Assembly (NCBI GenBank): GCA_029261055.1
Contig: JAJDCA010000018.1
Coordinates: 18,197-82,196 of the forward strand
Reading direction: 5' to 3'
Length of the DNA stretch: 64,000 bases
Source of the DNA: Candidatus Omnitrophota bacterium
GTDB taxonomy: Bacteria; Omnitrophota; Gorgyraeia; Zapsychrales; Zapsychraceae
Below the pieces are notes generated by a model that was not told the origin of the DNA, made no database searches, and worked only from the letters and a program-made list of their open reading frames with translations. Positions within the stretch are counted from its first letter, which is position 1. Each line of letters starts with the position of its first letter. Of the stretch, positions 52,237-63,600 are shown piece after piece. The translations under genes were made by a program, and so were the position numbers.

Positions 52237-52695
52237 ATTCAAAGCTGCCTTAACCAACCCACTAACAACCTTATTATCTGCACTACCGGCGGCTTTCGCC
52301 AAAACTACCTTCATCACCGTCCCCATGTCTTTCATCGAACCGGCACTGGTTTCTTTAATCGCTTCATCGACCAAGGCTTTTAGAGCATCCTCCGACATTT
52401 CTTCAGGCAAATACGACTTTAAAACAACGAGCTCTGCAGCTTCTTTTTCAACCAAATCCTTGCGTCCACCCTTTTCAAATTGTTCAATAGAATCCTGACG
52501 CTGCTTGATCTGTTTTTTAATCACAACAATCACATCGGCATCTTCCAATTTCGGCGGCTGCTCAGCCCCTGCTGTTCTTTTCTCAATAAGAATATTCTTG
52601 AGCTGTGCCCGTAAAAAACTCAACGTCCCCGACTTCACCGCATCCTTAGCCTTCATCGCCTGAATGTAATCCTTATTAATCTGTTCTTCTAACAT
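52231..52695 (-). CDS. GatB/YqeY domain protein
   Basis: MLEEQINKDYIQAMKAKD...LSFLRAQL is the typical YqeY start. Confidence 0.7.
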   Translation of the reverse strand: MLEEQINKDYIQAMKAKDAVKSGTLSFLRAQLKNILIEKRTAGAEQPPKLEDADVIVVIKKQIKQRQDSIEQFEKGGRKDLVEKEAAELVVLKSYLPEEMSEDALKALVDEAIKETSAGSMKDMGTVMKVVLAKAAGSADNKVVSGLVKAALNQ

Positions 52696-52721
52696 TTCAT
52701 CTCCTATGTTTACTGTACGGG

Positions 52722-52750
52722 CGGCTCGCGAGCCGCCCCTACGTTAAAGG
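52722..52750. repeat. REP-like GC-core hairpin (gggcggctcgcgagccgccc) with tacgg/cctacg flanks
   Basis: ctgtacGGGCGGCTCGCGAGCCGCCCctacg lies between the YqeY and DUF167 genes; a near-identical copy occurs at 46184..46212 (gtacgggcggttcgcgaaccgcccctac). Confidence 0.7.
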
Positions 52751-52963
52751 ACGTATCTTAATCACTTTTTCCCTAGATTTCAACCCCTTTGTAATCGTCA
52801 CCTGACGCTTACGCACATCGAAATGTTCGGCCAAAACCTTGATCAAAGCCTTATTCGCCTTACCATCCACCGCCGGCGCAGTCAAATAAACCTTCAACAC
52901 CTTATCTTCAACCTTAACTAAATCCCTCTTAGCTTGGGGGATAACTTTAATAGAATATTGCAT
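52739..52963 (-). CDS. DUF167 (YggU-like) protein
   Basis: 74 aa; KVYLTAPAVDGKANKALIKVLAEHF pattern. Confidence 0.65.
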   Translation of the reverse strand: MQYSIKVIPQAKRDLVKVEDKVLKVYLTAPAVDGKANKALIKVLAEHFDVRKRQVTITKGLKSREKVIKIRPLT

Positions 52964-52990
52964 GTTGGAAGGGTTTCAAAAGGAATCGTA

Positions 52991-53428
52991 TTATGGCGAA
53001 ATAATAAATTCTTCGTTCTCAGGCAAAATACGCACAAAATCTTTCACATTAAAAGTCAAAATTTGATCTACCTTTGCCTTCTGTGCAGCTGTCACAATAA
53101 GGGCATCATACATAACAGCGCCTGACAGGTTAAGATCAACCATTCTTTTCATTGCTGATTTGTAATCAGATAATGATAAATTAACGATTTTCGCGACACT
53201 TTCAATATTATCCCCAATAAGACGCTGTGCCATACCGGGTGATATTTTAGGACTCAATGGCATGGCTGTTAATACAGCAAATAACTCTGCCAAACTATGA
53301 TTGGAAAGCATAAGAGTAAACTCTTTCGCCTTTGCACGCTTGAACCACGGAAAAGCAAGATTGTGTTTTGGATGAGCCTTAACCATGGCCGCCACCATAA
53401 CAGAAGTGTCGAAACAAATCGTTTTCAT
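52991..53428 (-). CDS. PIN-domain toxin (VapC-like)
   Basis: ICFDTSVMV acidic start, 145 aa; 4-bp overlap with the upstream antitoxin gene. Confidence 0.65.
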   Translation of the reverse strand: MKTICFDTSVMVAAMVKAHPKHNLAFPWFKRAKAKEFTLMLSNHSLAELFAVLTAMPLSPKISPGMAQRLIGDNIESVAKIVNLSLSDYKSAMKRMVDLNLSGAVMYDALIVTAAQKAKVDQILTFNVKDFVRILPENEEFIISP

Positions 53429-53676
53429 AATCTTGTATCTTTCAAACGTGTTTTACGTAAAGACCCTACGGCATCTTCCAAATCTCCCGTTGCTTCTCCT
53501 TTAAATATAAGAACACCCTCTCTGCTACTCAAAGAATTTCCTGACTCAACACGCTTAATAATCACTTGATCCTCATGCTCCTCAATACCGACTCGTACAC
53601 CAGGCGCCAACCCAAGATCTTTGCGGATGTTCTGCGGAATAACAATCCTGCCAAATTTATCAATCACTGTGACCAT
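53425..53676 (-). CDS. AbrB/SpoVT-MazE-type antitoxin (VapB-like)
   Basis: FGRIVIPQNIRKDLGL swapped-hairpin motif; 83 aa. Confidence 0.65.
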   Translation of the reverse strand: MVTVIDKFGRIVIPQNIRKDLGLAPGVRVGIEEHEDQVIIKRVESGNSLSSREGVLIFKGEATGDLEDAVGSLRKTRLKDTRL

Positions 53677-53744
53677 GATTTCCCCTCCCCTCTAACTAGA
53701 AGTATAACATGCCAATTGGCAATATTCAATGGCAATTTTTAAAC

Positions 53745-56700
53745 TTAATTATCTCTACCTAATATAATCGGAAGCTCAGCCGCCGGGACAGGAGTTATTT
53801 GAAAAATGAACGGTGTCAGGCCGTTGAGAGGCTGCTGCAGATCAATGTTCGGCGTACAGCCGGCATCATCTTCGTCAAGGCAAGGAACAAATCCCTCAGG
53901 CCAATCAAACCCCACCGCATCCCCACTCGTCTGCAAATCCAGCCCAGCCGGGTTAAAATCAATCCCACCAGTCTTATTGGTAATCATGGAATCATCCTCC
54001 GATAACTCGACGGATTTGGGGATATCCAAATATTTAAAAACTTGGGGGATATCATCTTCATCTAACAGATGCTCATGCCACTCTCTGATAATTACTCTTT
54101 TTATTTTATCGAAATCATTTATTAAACCTGTTAACTTCTCTGACGCCTCAGAAACTTTTGTTAAGAGTTCTTCAGTTAAATCTGCATGAGCTTCAATTAC
54201 ATTTAATAACCAACTCAAAGATACAATAGGATTCACGAAATCCGACGCAATATTTTCTGGATTATCTGCCGTGTTAAAGACAGCCAATGCATTGTAAACT
54301 GGGTCAAAATCTTCGAAACCTTTTTCTAACTGCTTATTCTTTAAAATAACCCTAAATTGTTCGAACTGATCCCCTAGCGTCGTAGCCCTTTCTTTTACTG
54401 TTTTATTGTTTTCTTTTTTTTCATACGCTGCCCTTAATTGATGAACCGACAGCTCGATATTTTTCACCAAATCACGCATACCACCATTTAACCATTCGTT
54501 CATAACCTTAAAAAAATCACGACGTTTCTGCCCAGTGAACTCCCAATATTCACCTTTTTCATCTTTCTTTTTTACCATCATTAAAAAATTAGCGGATGTT
54601 TCTGCTTCCGATGACAATTTAAGAGAAGCCGGAATATTCCAATATGCTACATTACCCGCATCGCTGCTTTTAATTACACCTAAAACAATTTTTTTTATTT
54701 TATTAATATCGTTAAGCGGCTGCCTCAACTTGGGTAATCCTCGTTTAAAATTATTGATATTATCTATTAATATTTTTTTATTCTTCTTTTCTTTATCCTT
54801 TTGCTCCTCTATGTCTAACTTTACCATCACAAACCATGAAATTATCGACTCTTTTCTCCTTGGCAATATGCGCACAAAAGTATTTTGCAAGGCATTAAAA
54901 TCTTCACCCTGAGCACTAAGACCGTACCAGCGTTTTGGTACTATTCCCATCACCTTAACTATCTGATCTATTTGGTATGATATCTCCGGACCATCAACAT
55001 CCGAAGTCTCCAGCATCTCCTCTAAGCCAAGCATCAACACATTCACTTTTTTTAAATCATCCTTCATGCCCTTAACCCACTTTTTCTTGTAATCTATTTT
55101 TTGTGCCGATAACTTTGTCGTTTGCGCAGCCTCTTCCTTTTGTTTATTTACCATCATTGAAGGATTAACAGATGCTTTAACAGATCCTTCAATGTCAAGC
55201 TCTCGATAATTCTCAAGCACCGCCTTCATCTCATCAACATGCTCTTTTAGTTTCCCTGTTTCATACTTCTTTAACTGCTGCTCAATTTCCTCCTTTGACT
55301 TTTTCTTAAGTATCACCTTTTTTATTTTCTGAAGAGAGTCCGTCAAGAGCGATATCTTTTGAGATGTCTCGGAAAGAACGTCCCATGTAGATTGCTGTAA
55401 ACTTCCTGTTTGTTGAGAAACCCCCATTGCAAAAGCCAGCCCTGTAACAGCTTGCATTTCGTTATTATTTATTGCGTTAAATAACGGAACCAAAACGTTA
55501 TCTTTTTGAATACTTGTAGCGATATACATAAGCTTTTGCAACAAAATAGTTTGCGCACCTGCCATGCTTTTTATTTTTCCTTTCTTACTTTTCACTTCTC
55601 CATTTCTCAAAACTTCCTCAAGCTGATTTGTATTTTTTTGAATATCGCTAACCACAGGTGCAACTTTCTCTAGCCAGTCATCTTTAGCTGTGAGAAAGGT
55701 CTCTAATCTATCTCCTTCCAATTCAACAATGTTGCTTGCCATTGACAAATCATTCTCAACCATAGCAACTTCTACACCTTTTGACGAAATCACAGCCGCT
55801 TCTACTTTGTCCATATCATGATTAATAGACTCGGTCAATTTAGCTAAATCCACGAATGTTTCATTATATTGCATCATCGAAAAACCTGTCAGAGCCATTC
55901 CCCCCGAAAAATATTTCCGTGGGACGATTGTTTGGGTAACGGGGTCGTAGTCTTCGCGGATGGTGTCGTAGACGCCTTTTTTGAAGGCGTCGAGGTATTG
56001 TTGGTAAATTTTTTCGTTGGCGTTTTTGTCAGCAATGTCTACACCGTTGACTTTGTTTTGGCCGACGTAGTTTTTTCCCAGGAAACTCTCTTTGAGGTTG
56101 CGCTTGTACCATGTGGCGAGGATGAGGGAATGGTAAATTTGGCGGAGCTGGGTGAAGTTGGCGCCTTCGTTGACTTCTTGTTCGATTTCGGGGAGGATGA
56201 TATCGCGAATGATTGATGTTGTAATATTGGAATACGTAGGGGCAGCCCCCTGTGGCTGCCCTTTCACCGGGCGGGCACGGGGGCCCGCCCCTACGTTATT
56301 TGACATGGCGACATAATCCTCCTCCAACATGACCTTCAACCGCGACGCCACCACAAACGCCACATTGTCATACACGTAAACTTCTGCGGTCTCCGGCACG
56401 ATCCAAACCTTGTTAAAAGTGTCGACCGGCACATCAGTTATCCCGTACTTTGCATACGCCTCTTCGTGCACACGATCCCAAAATTCTCCCCCTAACGCAT
56501 CCTCCGGATACATCAACGTGGCGGTCAACTGCTTAAGCAAATAATCCTGAGCCAGAAGGTCCCGCCCCATTTCCGTATGTCCGAATTTCTCAGGAATAAC
56601 GCGATCAGCTTCATACGGTGAAAGGTTCACCCACAAATCTTCTTCAGGCACGGTCAATGCTGCCAAAAAATATTTAATCAGCTTATTGTATTCATCCTTC

Positions 56701-56963
56701 ACGGCCTCCCCGGCTAATCCCGCCTCGCCTTGCTCCATAAAAAAGTTAAACCGAAACGGATTCTCCGGAAATACCTTTACCCCCTTCATCATCGCAGGCG
56801 CAAACATTTCACTTGGCCGCACCATGGTCCCCGGCACCGGCATCATACTCTCTTGAGCCTGCACCTTTGGTAAAGGCCCCATCGTACCGAATGCAAATAC
56901 AAAAATTACACCCCACACGATGGCCCGAGAAAAACGCGCACATTTTATCCTAGGACTGTTCAC
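53745..56963 (-). CDS. Giant secreted protein A (paralog of 60561..64000), function unknown
   Basis: Signal peptide; shares long identical blocks with paralog B (LSPYEAD..IPE.FG.TEMGRDLLAQDYLLKQLTA.LMYPE); coiled-coil-rich centre; carries an in-frame REP-like insert at 56233..56295. Confidence 0.5.
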   Translation of the reverse strand: MNSPRIKCARFSRAIVWGVIFVFAFGTMGPLPKVQAQESMMPVPGTMVRPSEMFAPAMMKGVKVFPENPFRFNFFMEQGEAGLAGEAVKDEYNKLIKYFLAALTVPEEDLWVNLSPYEADRVIPEKFGHTEMGRDLLAQDYLLKQLTATLMYPEDALGGEFWDRVHEEAYAKYGITDVPVDTFNKVWIVPETAEVYVYDNVAFVVASRLKVMLEEDYVAMSNNVGAGPRARPVKGQPQGAAPTYSNITTSIIRDIILPEIEQEVNEGANFTQLRQIYHSLILATWYKRNLKESFLGKNYVGQNKVNGVDIADKNANEKIYQQYLDAFKKGVYDTIREDYDPVTQTIVPRKYFSGGMALTGFSMMQYNETFVDLAKLTESINHDMDKVEAAVISSKGVEVAMVENDLSMASNIVELEGDRLETFLTAKDDWLEKVAPVVSDIQKNTNQLEEVLRNGEVKSKKGKIKSMAGAQTILLQKLMYIATSIQKDNVLVPLFNAINNNEMQAVTGLAFAMGVSQQTGSLQQSTWDVLSETSQKISLLTDSLQKIKKVILKKKSKEEIEQQLKKYETGKLKEHVDEMKAVLENYRELDIEGSVKASVNPSMMVNKQKEEAAQTTKLSAQKIDYKKKWVKGMKDDLKKVNVLMLGLEEMLETSDVDGPEISYQIDQIVKVMGIVPKRWYGLSAQGEDFNALQNTFVRILPRRKESIISWFVMVKLDIEEQKDKEKKNKKILIDNINNFKRGLPKLRQPLNDINKIKKIVLGVIKSSDAGNVAYWNIPASLKLSSEAETSANFLMMVKKKDEKGEYWEFTGQKRRDFFKVMNEWLNGGMRDLVKNIELSVHQLRAAYEKKENNKTVKERATTLGDQFEQFRVILKNKQLEKGFEDFDPVYNALAVFNTADNPENIASDFVNPIVSLSWLLNVIEAHADLTEELLTKVSEASEKLTGLINDFDKIKRVIIREWHEHLLDEDDIPQVFKYLDIPKSVELSEDDSMITNKTGGIDFNPAGLDLQTSGDAVGFDWPEGFVPCLDEDDAGCTPNIDLQQPLNGLTPFIFQITPVPAAELPIILGRDN
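56233..56295. repeat. 63-bp REP-like double hairpin inserted in-frame inside giant protein A
   Basis: tacgtaGGGGCAGCCccctgtGGCTGCCCtttcaccGGGCGGGCacgggGGCCCGCCCctacg has the same tacg/ctacg flanks as the intergenic REP-like family; it encodes GAGPRARPVKGQPQGAAPTY, which is absent at the equivalent position of paralog B. Confidence 0.7.
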
Positions 56964-56989
56964 ACGGTAAGTATAACATTTAATATTAC

Positions 56990-57871
56990 TTATTGACGTG
57001 GATTTCCCGCCAACTCTGAAACAGCAGGGGGCATCTGTAGATGAATATCCCGCTGCGGGAATGGGATGGTGATGTCGGCTTTGCGGAATGCGGCATCAAT
57101 GGCGTAGTTCATTTCACTGTGAACCGTGGGTTTGCGCGCAGGATCATTGATCCAGGCTAAGAGGTCAAAATCTAATGAGGAATCCCCAAACGCACAAAAT
57201 TTAACTTGCGGGGCAGGATCCTTTAATACTTCCGGATGTTCTGCCGCCACGGAAAGGAGCACTTCTTTTACTTTCGGAACATCTGATCCGTACGCCACAC
57301 CGACCGGACAATGGATGCGCAGGCGAGTGTCTTCACGCGACCAGTTCACGACCTGACTTTCAATCAGTTGAGAATTGGGGACAATAATCGTGACATTATC
57401 CATGGTCATCACAATGGTGGCCCGCATGCTAATTTTCAAAACCCGCCCGAAGCGGCCCTCGACCTCGATCAAGTCTCCGACAGAAACCGGCCTTTCCACC
57501 AACAAAATTAAACCGGAAATAAAATTAGATGTAATATTTTTTAGTCCAAAACCGATGCCCACGCTTAAAAACCCAAAAACAACCGCCAGACTGCCCAGAT
57601 TAAGCCCTATCGTCTGCGCCGCCACAATAACTCCCAGGGCAATAACAGTGTAATGGACAAAACGTTTCACCGTGTAAATCAGACCGGTTTCCATCTGAAA
57701 TTTTTTCGTCAGATTCACCTCGACCGCCCGCTGAAGAATACGCGAAATAACCAGGGCAACCCACACAATGCCCAATGATACAAAAAGCCCACTGAGCGTA
57801 ACAGGCGATTCGCCTACTTGCAGAATAGGATAATTAATCCATTTAATCATCATTTCCCAATTAAATTCCAT
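56990..57871 (-). CDS. Mechanosensitive ion channel, MscS family
   Basis: Three TM helices followed by a beta domain; GDLIEVEGRFGRVLKISMRATIV. Confidence 0.75.
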   Translation of the reverse strand: MEFNWEMMIKWINYPILQVGESPVTLSGLFVSLGIVWVALVISRILQRAVEVNLTKKFQMETGLIYTVKRFVHYTVIALGVIVAAQTIGLNLGSLAVVFGFLSVGIGFGLKNITSNFISGLILLVERPVSVGDLIEVEGRFGRVLKISMRATIVMTMDNVTIIVPNSQLIESQVVNWSREDTRLRIHCPVGVAYGSDVPKVKEVLLSVAAEHPEVLKDPAPQVKFCAFGDSSLDFDLLAWINDPARKPTVHSEMNYAIDAAFRKADITIPFPQRDIHLQMPPAVSELAGNPRQ

Positions 57872-57913
57872 AATGGTGGCTCCTTTTTAAATTTAAGGCA
57901 GGATCAGTTGTAA

Positions 57914-59053
57914 TTATTTTATAAACTTTCCATCCCACAGCTGGAGAAAAAAATCTTTCCAAGGAAGGATATGGATATTATTAACAACACGCGGACGCTG
58001 TTCCAAAGAAACGATGACATAATGTGACAGTTTATGCTCTTCCTGCAACGCTTTGATACCGCGCATATCTTTAGGTGTAATATTTTGCTTGGCCTTGACT
58101 TCCACAGCCAGAGCGTCATTGACAATAAAGTCTACTTCAAACCCTGATTTCGACCTCCAATAGCAAAGCTCTCCGAAAGAGTGATAATCAATAAAAGATT
58201 TTAATTCATGCGCCATGTATGTTTCAAAAGCATCCCCGAATTCAGGAGATTTTTCTTTAAAAGGAGATTTATTTTGTAAAAATCGGACAACCCCGCCGTC
58301 AAAAAAATAAAATTTTGAAGTACTGATCGGCTTTCGCTTGATACTTTTTTTCCACGCAGGAACGTCAAAACCAATCAAGGTGTCGCGTAGAATTTGAAAA
58401 TATTCCTGAACGGTGCTGCTGGGGACTTGTGCATCATTGGCAATGCTGGTGTAATTGATTAATAAACCGTTGCACAAAGCAGCCACTTGTAAAAAACGAC
58501 TGAAAGCAGGAACATTACGTGTTAGCCCTTCTGTGGCTATCTCTTCTTTTAAATAATCTCCGGCGTACGCCTGCAAATCTTCTTCAGGAGCATCAGAAAA
58601 ATAAATAGATGGAAGTAACCCATAATTGAGCGCCTTTAATAAATCAAAATGCTCCTTAAGTTCATTAAAAATAAACGGATGCAAATGGCACGAACGCGCC
58701 CTTCCCCCCAGTAAATTCACTCCTCCTCTGCGTAATTTTCGCGCACTCGATCCGGTCAATAAAAAATGGATGCCATGTAGCTCAATCAATCGATGCACTT
58801 CATCCAAAAGCGAGGGCAGTTTCTGAATTTCATCAATAACAATGATCTTGTCTTGTGACTGAATTTCCTGCTCTAATCTTTTCGGGTTTTGGTTCAATAA
58901 AAGGTAGGTTTCGCTGTCTAAAAGGTCATAAATTCTGCAATCATGAAAATGCTTTCTAATCAGCCAGGACTTTCCGGTCTGCCTAGGTCCAAACAAAAAT
59001 AATGATTTCTTATTAAGCGATTTGCGAAGATCAACACATCTTTGAATATCCAT
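57914..59053 (-). CDS. AAA ATPase with DUF4143-type C-terminal domain
   Basis: LFLFGPRQTGKSW Walker A; start placed at MDIQ (ATG 59053), which has GGAGG 5 nt upstream. Confidence 0.65.
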   Translation of the reverse strand: MDIQRCVDLRKSLNKKSLFLFGPRQTGKSWLIRKHFHDCRIYDLLDSETYLLLNQNPKRLEQEIQSQDKIIVIDEIQKLPSLLDEVHRLIELHGIHFLLTGSSARKLRRGGVNLLGGRARSCHLHPFIFNELKEHFDLLKALNYGLLPSIYFSDAPEEDLQAYAGDYLKEEIATEGLTRNVPAFSRFLQVAALCNGLLINYTSIANDAQVPSSTVQEYFQILRDTLIGFDVPAWKKSIKRKPISTSKFYFFDGGVVRFLQNKSPFKEKSPEFGDAFETYMAHELKSFIDYHSFGELCYWRSKSGFEVDFIVNDALAVEVKAKQNITPKDMRGIKALQEEHKLSHYVIVSLEQRPRVVNNIHILPWKDFFLQLWDGKFIK

Positions 59054-59254
59054 AAATGCCTCCAATCAGCAACTAATCCGGTGATTATCCTAACAATCAC
59101 CGGGTTAATTGTCAATTAAATATTTTATTATTTCATTATTACGCCTTTTCACTTACTTTGGTACACGTTTTATTAAATTTATGATTGACTTTATGGCACG
59201 TTTAGTATATTTTATGGTTGACTATTGACGACTTTAAATAAAGAAAGAAACAAC

Positions 59255-60622
59255 ATGTTTAATAGAGCGATAATTAAGGAATTAGAGTCTTGGGCAAAGA
59301 AAGTATCCCGAAAACCTCTTATTTTACGTGGAGCTCGCCAAGTCGGCAAAACAACCGCCGTAGAAATATTTGCCAAACAGTTTAAGCAGTACATTTATTT
59401 AAATCTTGATCTGGCCGCCGACCGTGATTTATTTGAAAAAGGCTACCCTATTGAAGAACTGATTCAGGCCATATTCTTTCAAAAAGATAAAAAATACGGC
59501 ATAAAGAATACATTAATATTTATTGATGAAATACAAAATTCTCCCCAGGCCGTTTCCTCATTGCGATATTTTTATGAGCACACAAACGATCTGTTTATTA
59601 TCGCAGCCGGGTCATTGTTAGAGTCATTAATAGACACTCACATAAGCTTTCCGGTCGGACGTGTAGAATATCTTTACATGAAACCATTAACATTTTATGA
59701 ATATCTCGAGGCTATTGAAGATAACGCCTGCCTCAAAGCCGTAAAAGAAATCCCCTGCCCACGCATTGCTCAGGAAAAACTAATAAAAAAGTTTTATCAA
59801 TACACCCTCATAGGTGGAATGCCTGAGGTAGTGCGCACTTATGTTGAAACCGGAGGGTTGCAAGAGTTAAAATCTATCTATGAATCCTTATTGCGATCAT
59901 ATCTTGACGATGTCGAAAAGTACGCGCGTAGCAAATCCATCGCACCGCTCATCCGACACGCCATCGAAAGTTCTTTTTATGAAGCCGGCAGCAGAATACG
60001 ATTTGAAGGATTTGGAAAATCATCTTACAAATCACGCGAGATGTCCGAAGCCCTTAAAACACTCGAAAAAGCCATGTTGATTCATTTAATGTATCCATCA
60101 ACCGCTGTAAAGCTTCCCATTATTGCTGATCATAAAAAATCCCCAAGACTGCATATCCTCGATACAGGTCTGGTTAATTATTTTGTTGGTTTACAAAAAG
60201 AGATTTTCGGCACACAGGATTTACACAGTATTTATGCCGGAAAAATTGCTGAACACATCGTAGGGCAAGAGCTTTTGGCTCATTGTCAAAATCTTAATGA
60301 AAAAGTACAATTCTGGGTCAGAGAAAAAAAGCAGTCCAATGCCCAAGTAGATTACATTATTTCATTTGAAAAATATGTGATACCTATTGAAGTAAAACTG
60401 GGAAGCTCCGGACGTTTGCGTTCTTTGCACGAATTTATCGACCGGGCCCCGCATAATTATGCGGTAAGGGTGTATGCAGGAGAGTTAAAAATTGATGCTG
60501 TAAAAACCCTTAAAGGAAAACCTTTCTTTCTCCTAAATCTTCCTTTTTATTTGGTAGGATCTATCCGACAGTATCTAGCCTGGTTCTTAGAAAATACTCC
60601 CGCTCATCCATCCAAAAACTGA
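59255..60622 (+). CDS. AAA ATPase with DUF4143-type C-terminal domain
   Basis: LILRGARQVGKTT Walker A, IFIDEIQ Walker B; the ORF track begins at a TTG (59225), so the first ATG (59255) is taken as start. Confidence 0.65.
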   Translation: MFNRAIIKELESWAKKVSRKPLILRGARQVGKTTAVEIFAKQFKQYIYLNLDLAADRDLFEKGYPIEELIQAIFFQKDKKYGIKNTLIFIDEIQNSPQAVSSLRYFYEHTNDLFIIAAGSLLESLIDTHISFPVGRVEYLYMKPLTFYEYLEAIEDNACLKAVKEIPCPRIAQEKLIKKFYQYTLIGGMPEVVRTYVETGGLQELKSIYESLLRSYLDDVEKYARSKSIAPLIRHAIESSFYEAGSRIRFEGFGKSSYKSREMSEALKTLEKAMLIHLMYPSTAVKLPIIADHKKSPRLHILDTGLVNYFVGLQKEIFGTQDLHSIYAGKIAEHIVGQELLAHCQNLNEKVQFWVREKKQSNAQVDYIISFEKYVIPIEVKLGSSGRLRSLHEFIDRAPHNYAVRVYAGELKIDAVKTLKGKPFFLLNLPFYLVGSIRQYLAWFLENTPAHPSKN

Positions 60623-63600
60623 TATCGTGCGAGAAGGTGTTGCTATTGTCAAGAGGTAAGGTATCCGCAAAACCAAGAAGCTGGGGTAAATTAACAGGTA
60701 ACACGCGAAGAATAATCGGCAAGAATCCCAACACCCTCATACTCAAATCCACATCCTGATCCATCATCGGCAACGGCACCCCATTCCCATCGCGCTTAAT
60801 CTCCAAATCCAACATCGCCGAATCAAGATTAATCCCCCCGACGACCTCAGCTTTGTCAATGGGTTCGGCGTCGGCAAGAACGGCCAAATCATCCTTCTTA
60901 CCGTCAAAAAGCTTAAGAATATCATTTAAATCCTGGACGCTCAGTCCTGACGGCGTTAAAACATTCTTAAATGTTGCAATAATATTGCTAATTGTTTTCT
61001 GATCATAAAATTTAAAATTAGGTTTCTTGAGCCCCGCTGATATTATTTCATTCTCAAATATTTTCAGCATTTCAGAATACGAGAGACTATTCACTATTGA
61101 GCGCCCCCTTCTCACGTCATTTTCCAGTTCACTTGTTAAATCTTTCATCACACCCCATACATCCTCCGCCTTTTTTTTCTTATCCCCCGACAACTCATTA
61201 ATATGTCGCTCAATTTTCTCTGCTTCCTCCACCGCCATGGATGAATCAAAACGAGATTTAAAATCCTTTATTTCTTTCAAACTATCCTCAGTAAGCGTTC
61301 CTTGAGACTGAAGTTCGTTTTCAACGTCCTGAACTAATTTCTTATTTTCCTCCTTATTATCCTCCCCCAAATTAATTTCTTTCTTACCAATGCTAAGAAA
61401 GCCATCTCCTTTTTTAACAACCATTTTCACCTTTTCAGAGAAAACCTTCTTAGGCCCTTGATAATTGACATCTCTAGAACCTCTCCTTTGAGAAGAAGTA
61501 TCTCTATCTCTTATCGATCCTAAATGACGCTCAACGTTAACGGTAATGAAAAACGGAGTCTCTGTTAAAAAAGTCACAGTCTCTTCCTGGGAAATCATGG
61601 CATCATCAGCTGCAAGCATTTCAATCCCTGCAAAGACAACAAATAAAGTTTTATCGAAGCGATCTGGAACGTATGTAATTTTAACCTGCATGGATCTCGT
61701 AATATCCTTAATGAACTTTACCATGAACTCATCCCTAGACCTTACATCCATGTCTAACTTACCCATATCGTGACTTTCAGATTGTGTAATAATATCACCT
61801 TTTGCATCTTTAAAAAAATGTTGTACTCTACCCGTCTCTTTATTAACCTGCTTTTCTATTGACCATATTAAGTTTTTACCTTTAAAAATTTCAAATTTAT
61901 ACCCTTCACTTTCATTCATTGGCACTTTCTTTGCTACAGCGATCCTCTCATTATTTTTATTGAGATAAATAATTTCACCATTTTCCTCCATAACCACACC
62001 CTTTTTCGTGCCATTATCAGTAAGATTAAAGCCGTACTTTTCACCTCTAAATACTGGATTATTCAATGAAAAATTTCTTCCTAACTCAGGAGCACTTGCA
62101 TTTTCGACTATTTTAACCTCTGGCACATGATGATAATAACTTGCCGAATTCACACCCACCAATATCACTCCTGCAGCAATCCCAACAATTGCAACTATAT
62201 TCATCAAACTCAGCATGGCTAAATCATAGTTCTCATCTAAACTTTCAGGCATCTCGTCTAATGCCTGCTCAGCGAGCGTTTTTACATCCGATTTTTTACT
62301 CTTATTCTTAATGGACGTAAACGTAAACTCAAACCGAGCTTGAACAAAGTCATTTGATTGTTCTTTAAATTGACCATAAATATTGATCAATTCCTGCAGA
62401 TCATTTAGCGTAAAAGTCCCGTTCTCCAAACCGTCCAAAACAATCGAAGATATGGAGGCTGCCGTTGTTTCAACATCTTCAAATCTTAAGGCCTTATGCA
62501 TCCGTTGCACGACAGTAAGCCCCTTAAGCTTTGGCCTGGTACCCTTTAAATTAAAGTAGTCAATAATCGTCGAGGGCGCTTTCGTGTAAAGACCCTCTTC
62601 TGCATATTTTGCCCCCTTGTCTGTAAACTGTATGGTTTCCAGTGTTTTCTGATTTATAACCATAATAATATCTTCTGCTATTGAATCCCGCCCCATATTT
62701 GTACTCAAAACGGACCTTGCGCGTGAAAACACTTCATACTCACTCCCATTGAACGAAAATTCCTCCTTCTTCTTATTAGCCACCGCCTTCAACAAAGGCT
62801 CCGCTAATTGTTCATGACTTAATCCTTGCTCCTTCACATATTCCGTATGTTTGTCTAAAACATCCTGTAAATTTTCGCCATACTTTACAAGACCTTTTCG
62901 CCGTGCATACGTTTCAAGCTCTTCCCTGGAAACCATAGAGTCGTCTTGATCCTCCGTTAAAAATGGAGCTCTTTTTACTTCTTCTACCAAATAAGCATTG
63001 TCACTAGAAATTCCCGAAAGTCTAACTTCCACTACAAGCGCGTCGTCTTTTGCTGATGTAATCGCAGCCTTATTTGCAAAACTTAACATGCTAGGATTAA
63101 AAATATTGCTGCCAAGAGCTACACTCATTCCTCCCGAGAAATATTTGCGTGGGACGATTTGCTGGCTGGTTGGATCGTAGTCTTCCTTAATGTAGTCGTA
63201 CACGCCTTTTTTGAAGGATTCGACGTACTGATTGTAAATTTTTTGATTAATTTGTTTGTCTTGTGTATCTACGCCTTTGGTTTTATTTTGATCAACGTAC
63301 ACTTGTCCCAATAAAGTCCGAGAATTTTCAACTCCTACGGTTAATTTTTTCTTGTACCAGGTAGCTAAAATGACGGAATGATAAATTTGACGGAGGATGG
63401 CAAATGTCTCACCTTCATTGACTTCACGTTCGATTTCAGGAATGAGAATTTCACGAATTACGTCCGAAGAAACGCCACTGATAATTTCTGTATTATTCTG
63501 ATTTAAATAATCCAAACCATATTGTTCGCTGCCTAAATTTTTCTCCATGGCCACGTAGTCTTCTTCCAACATGACCTTAAGATGACTATCCACCAAATAC

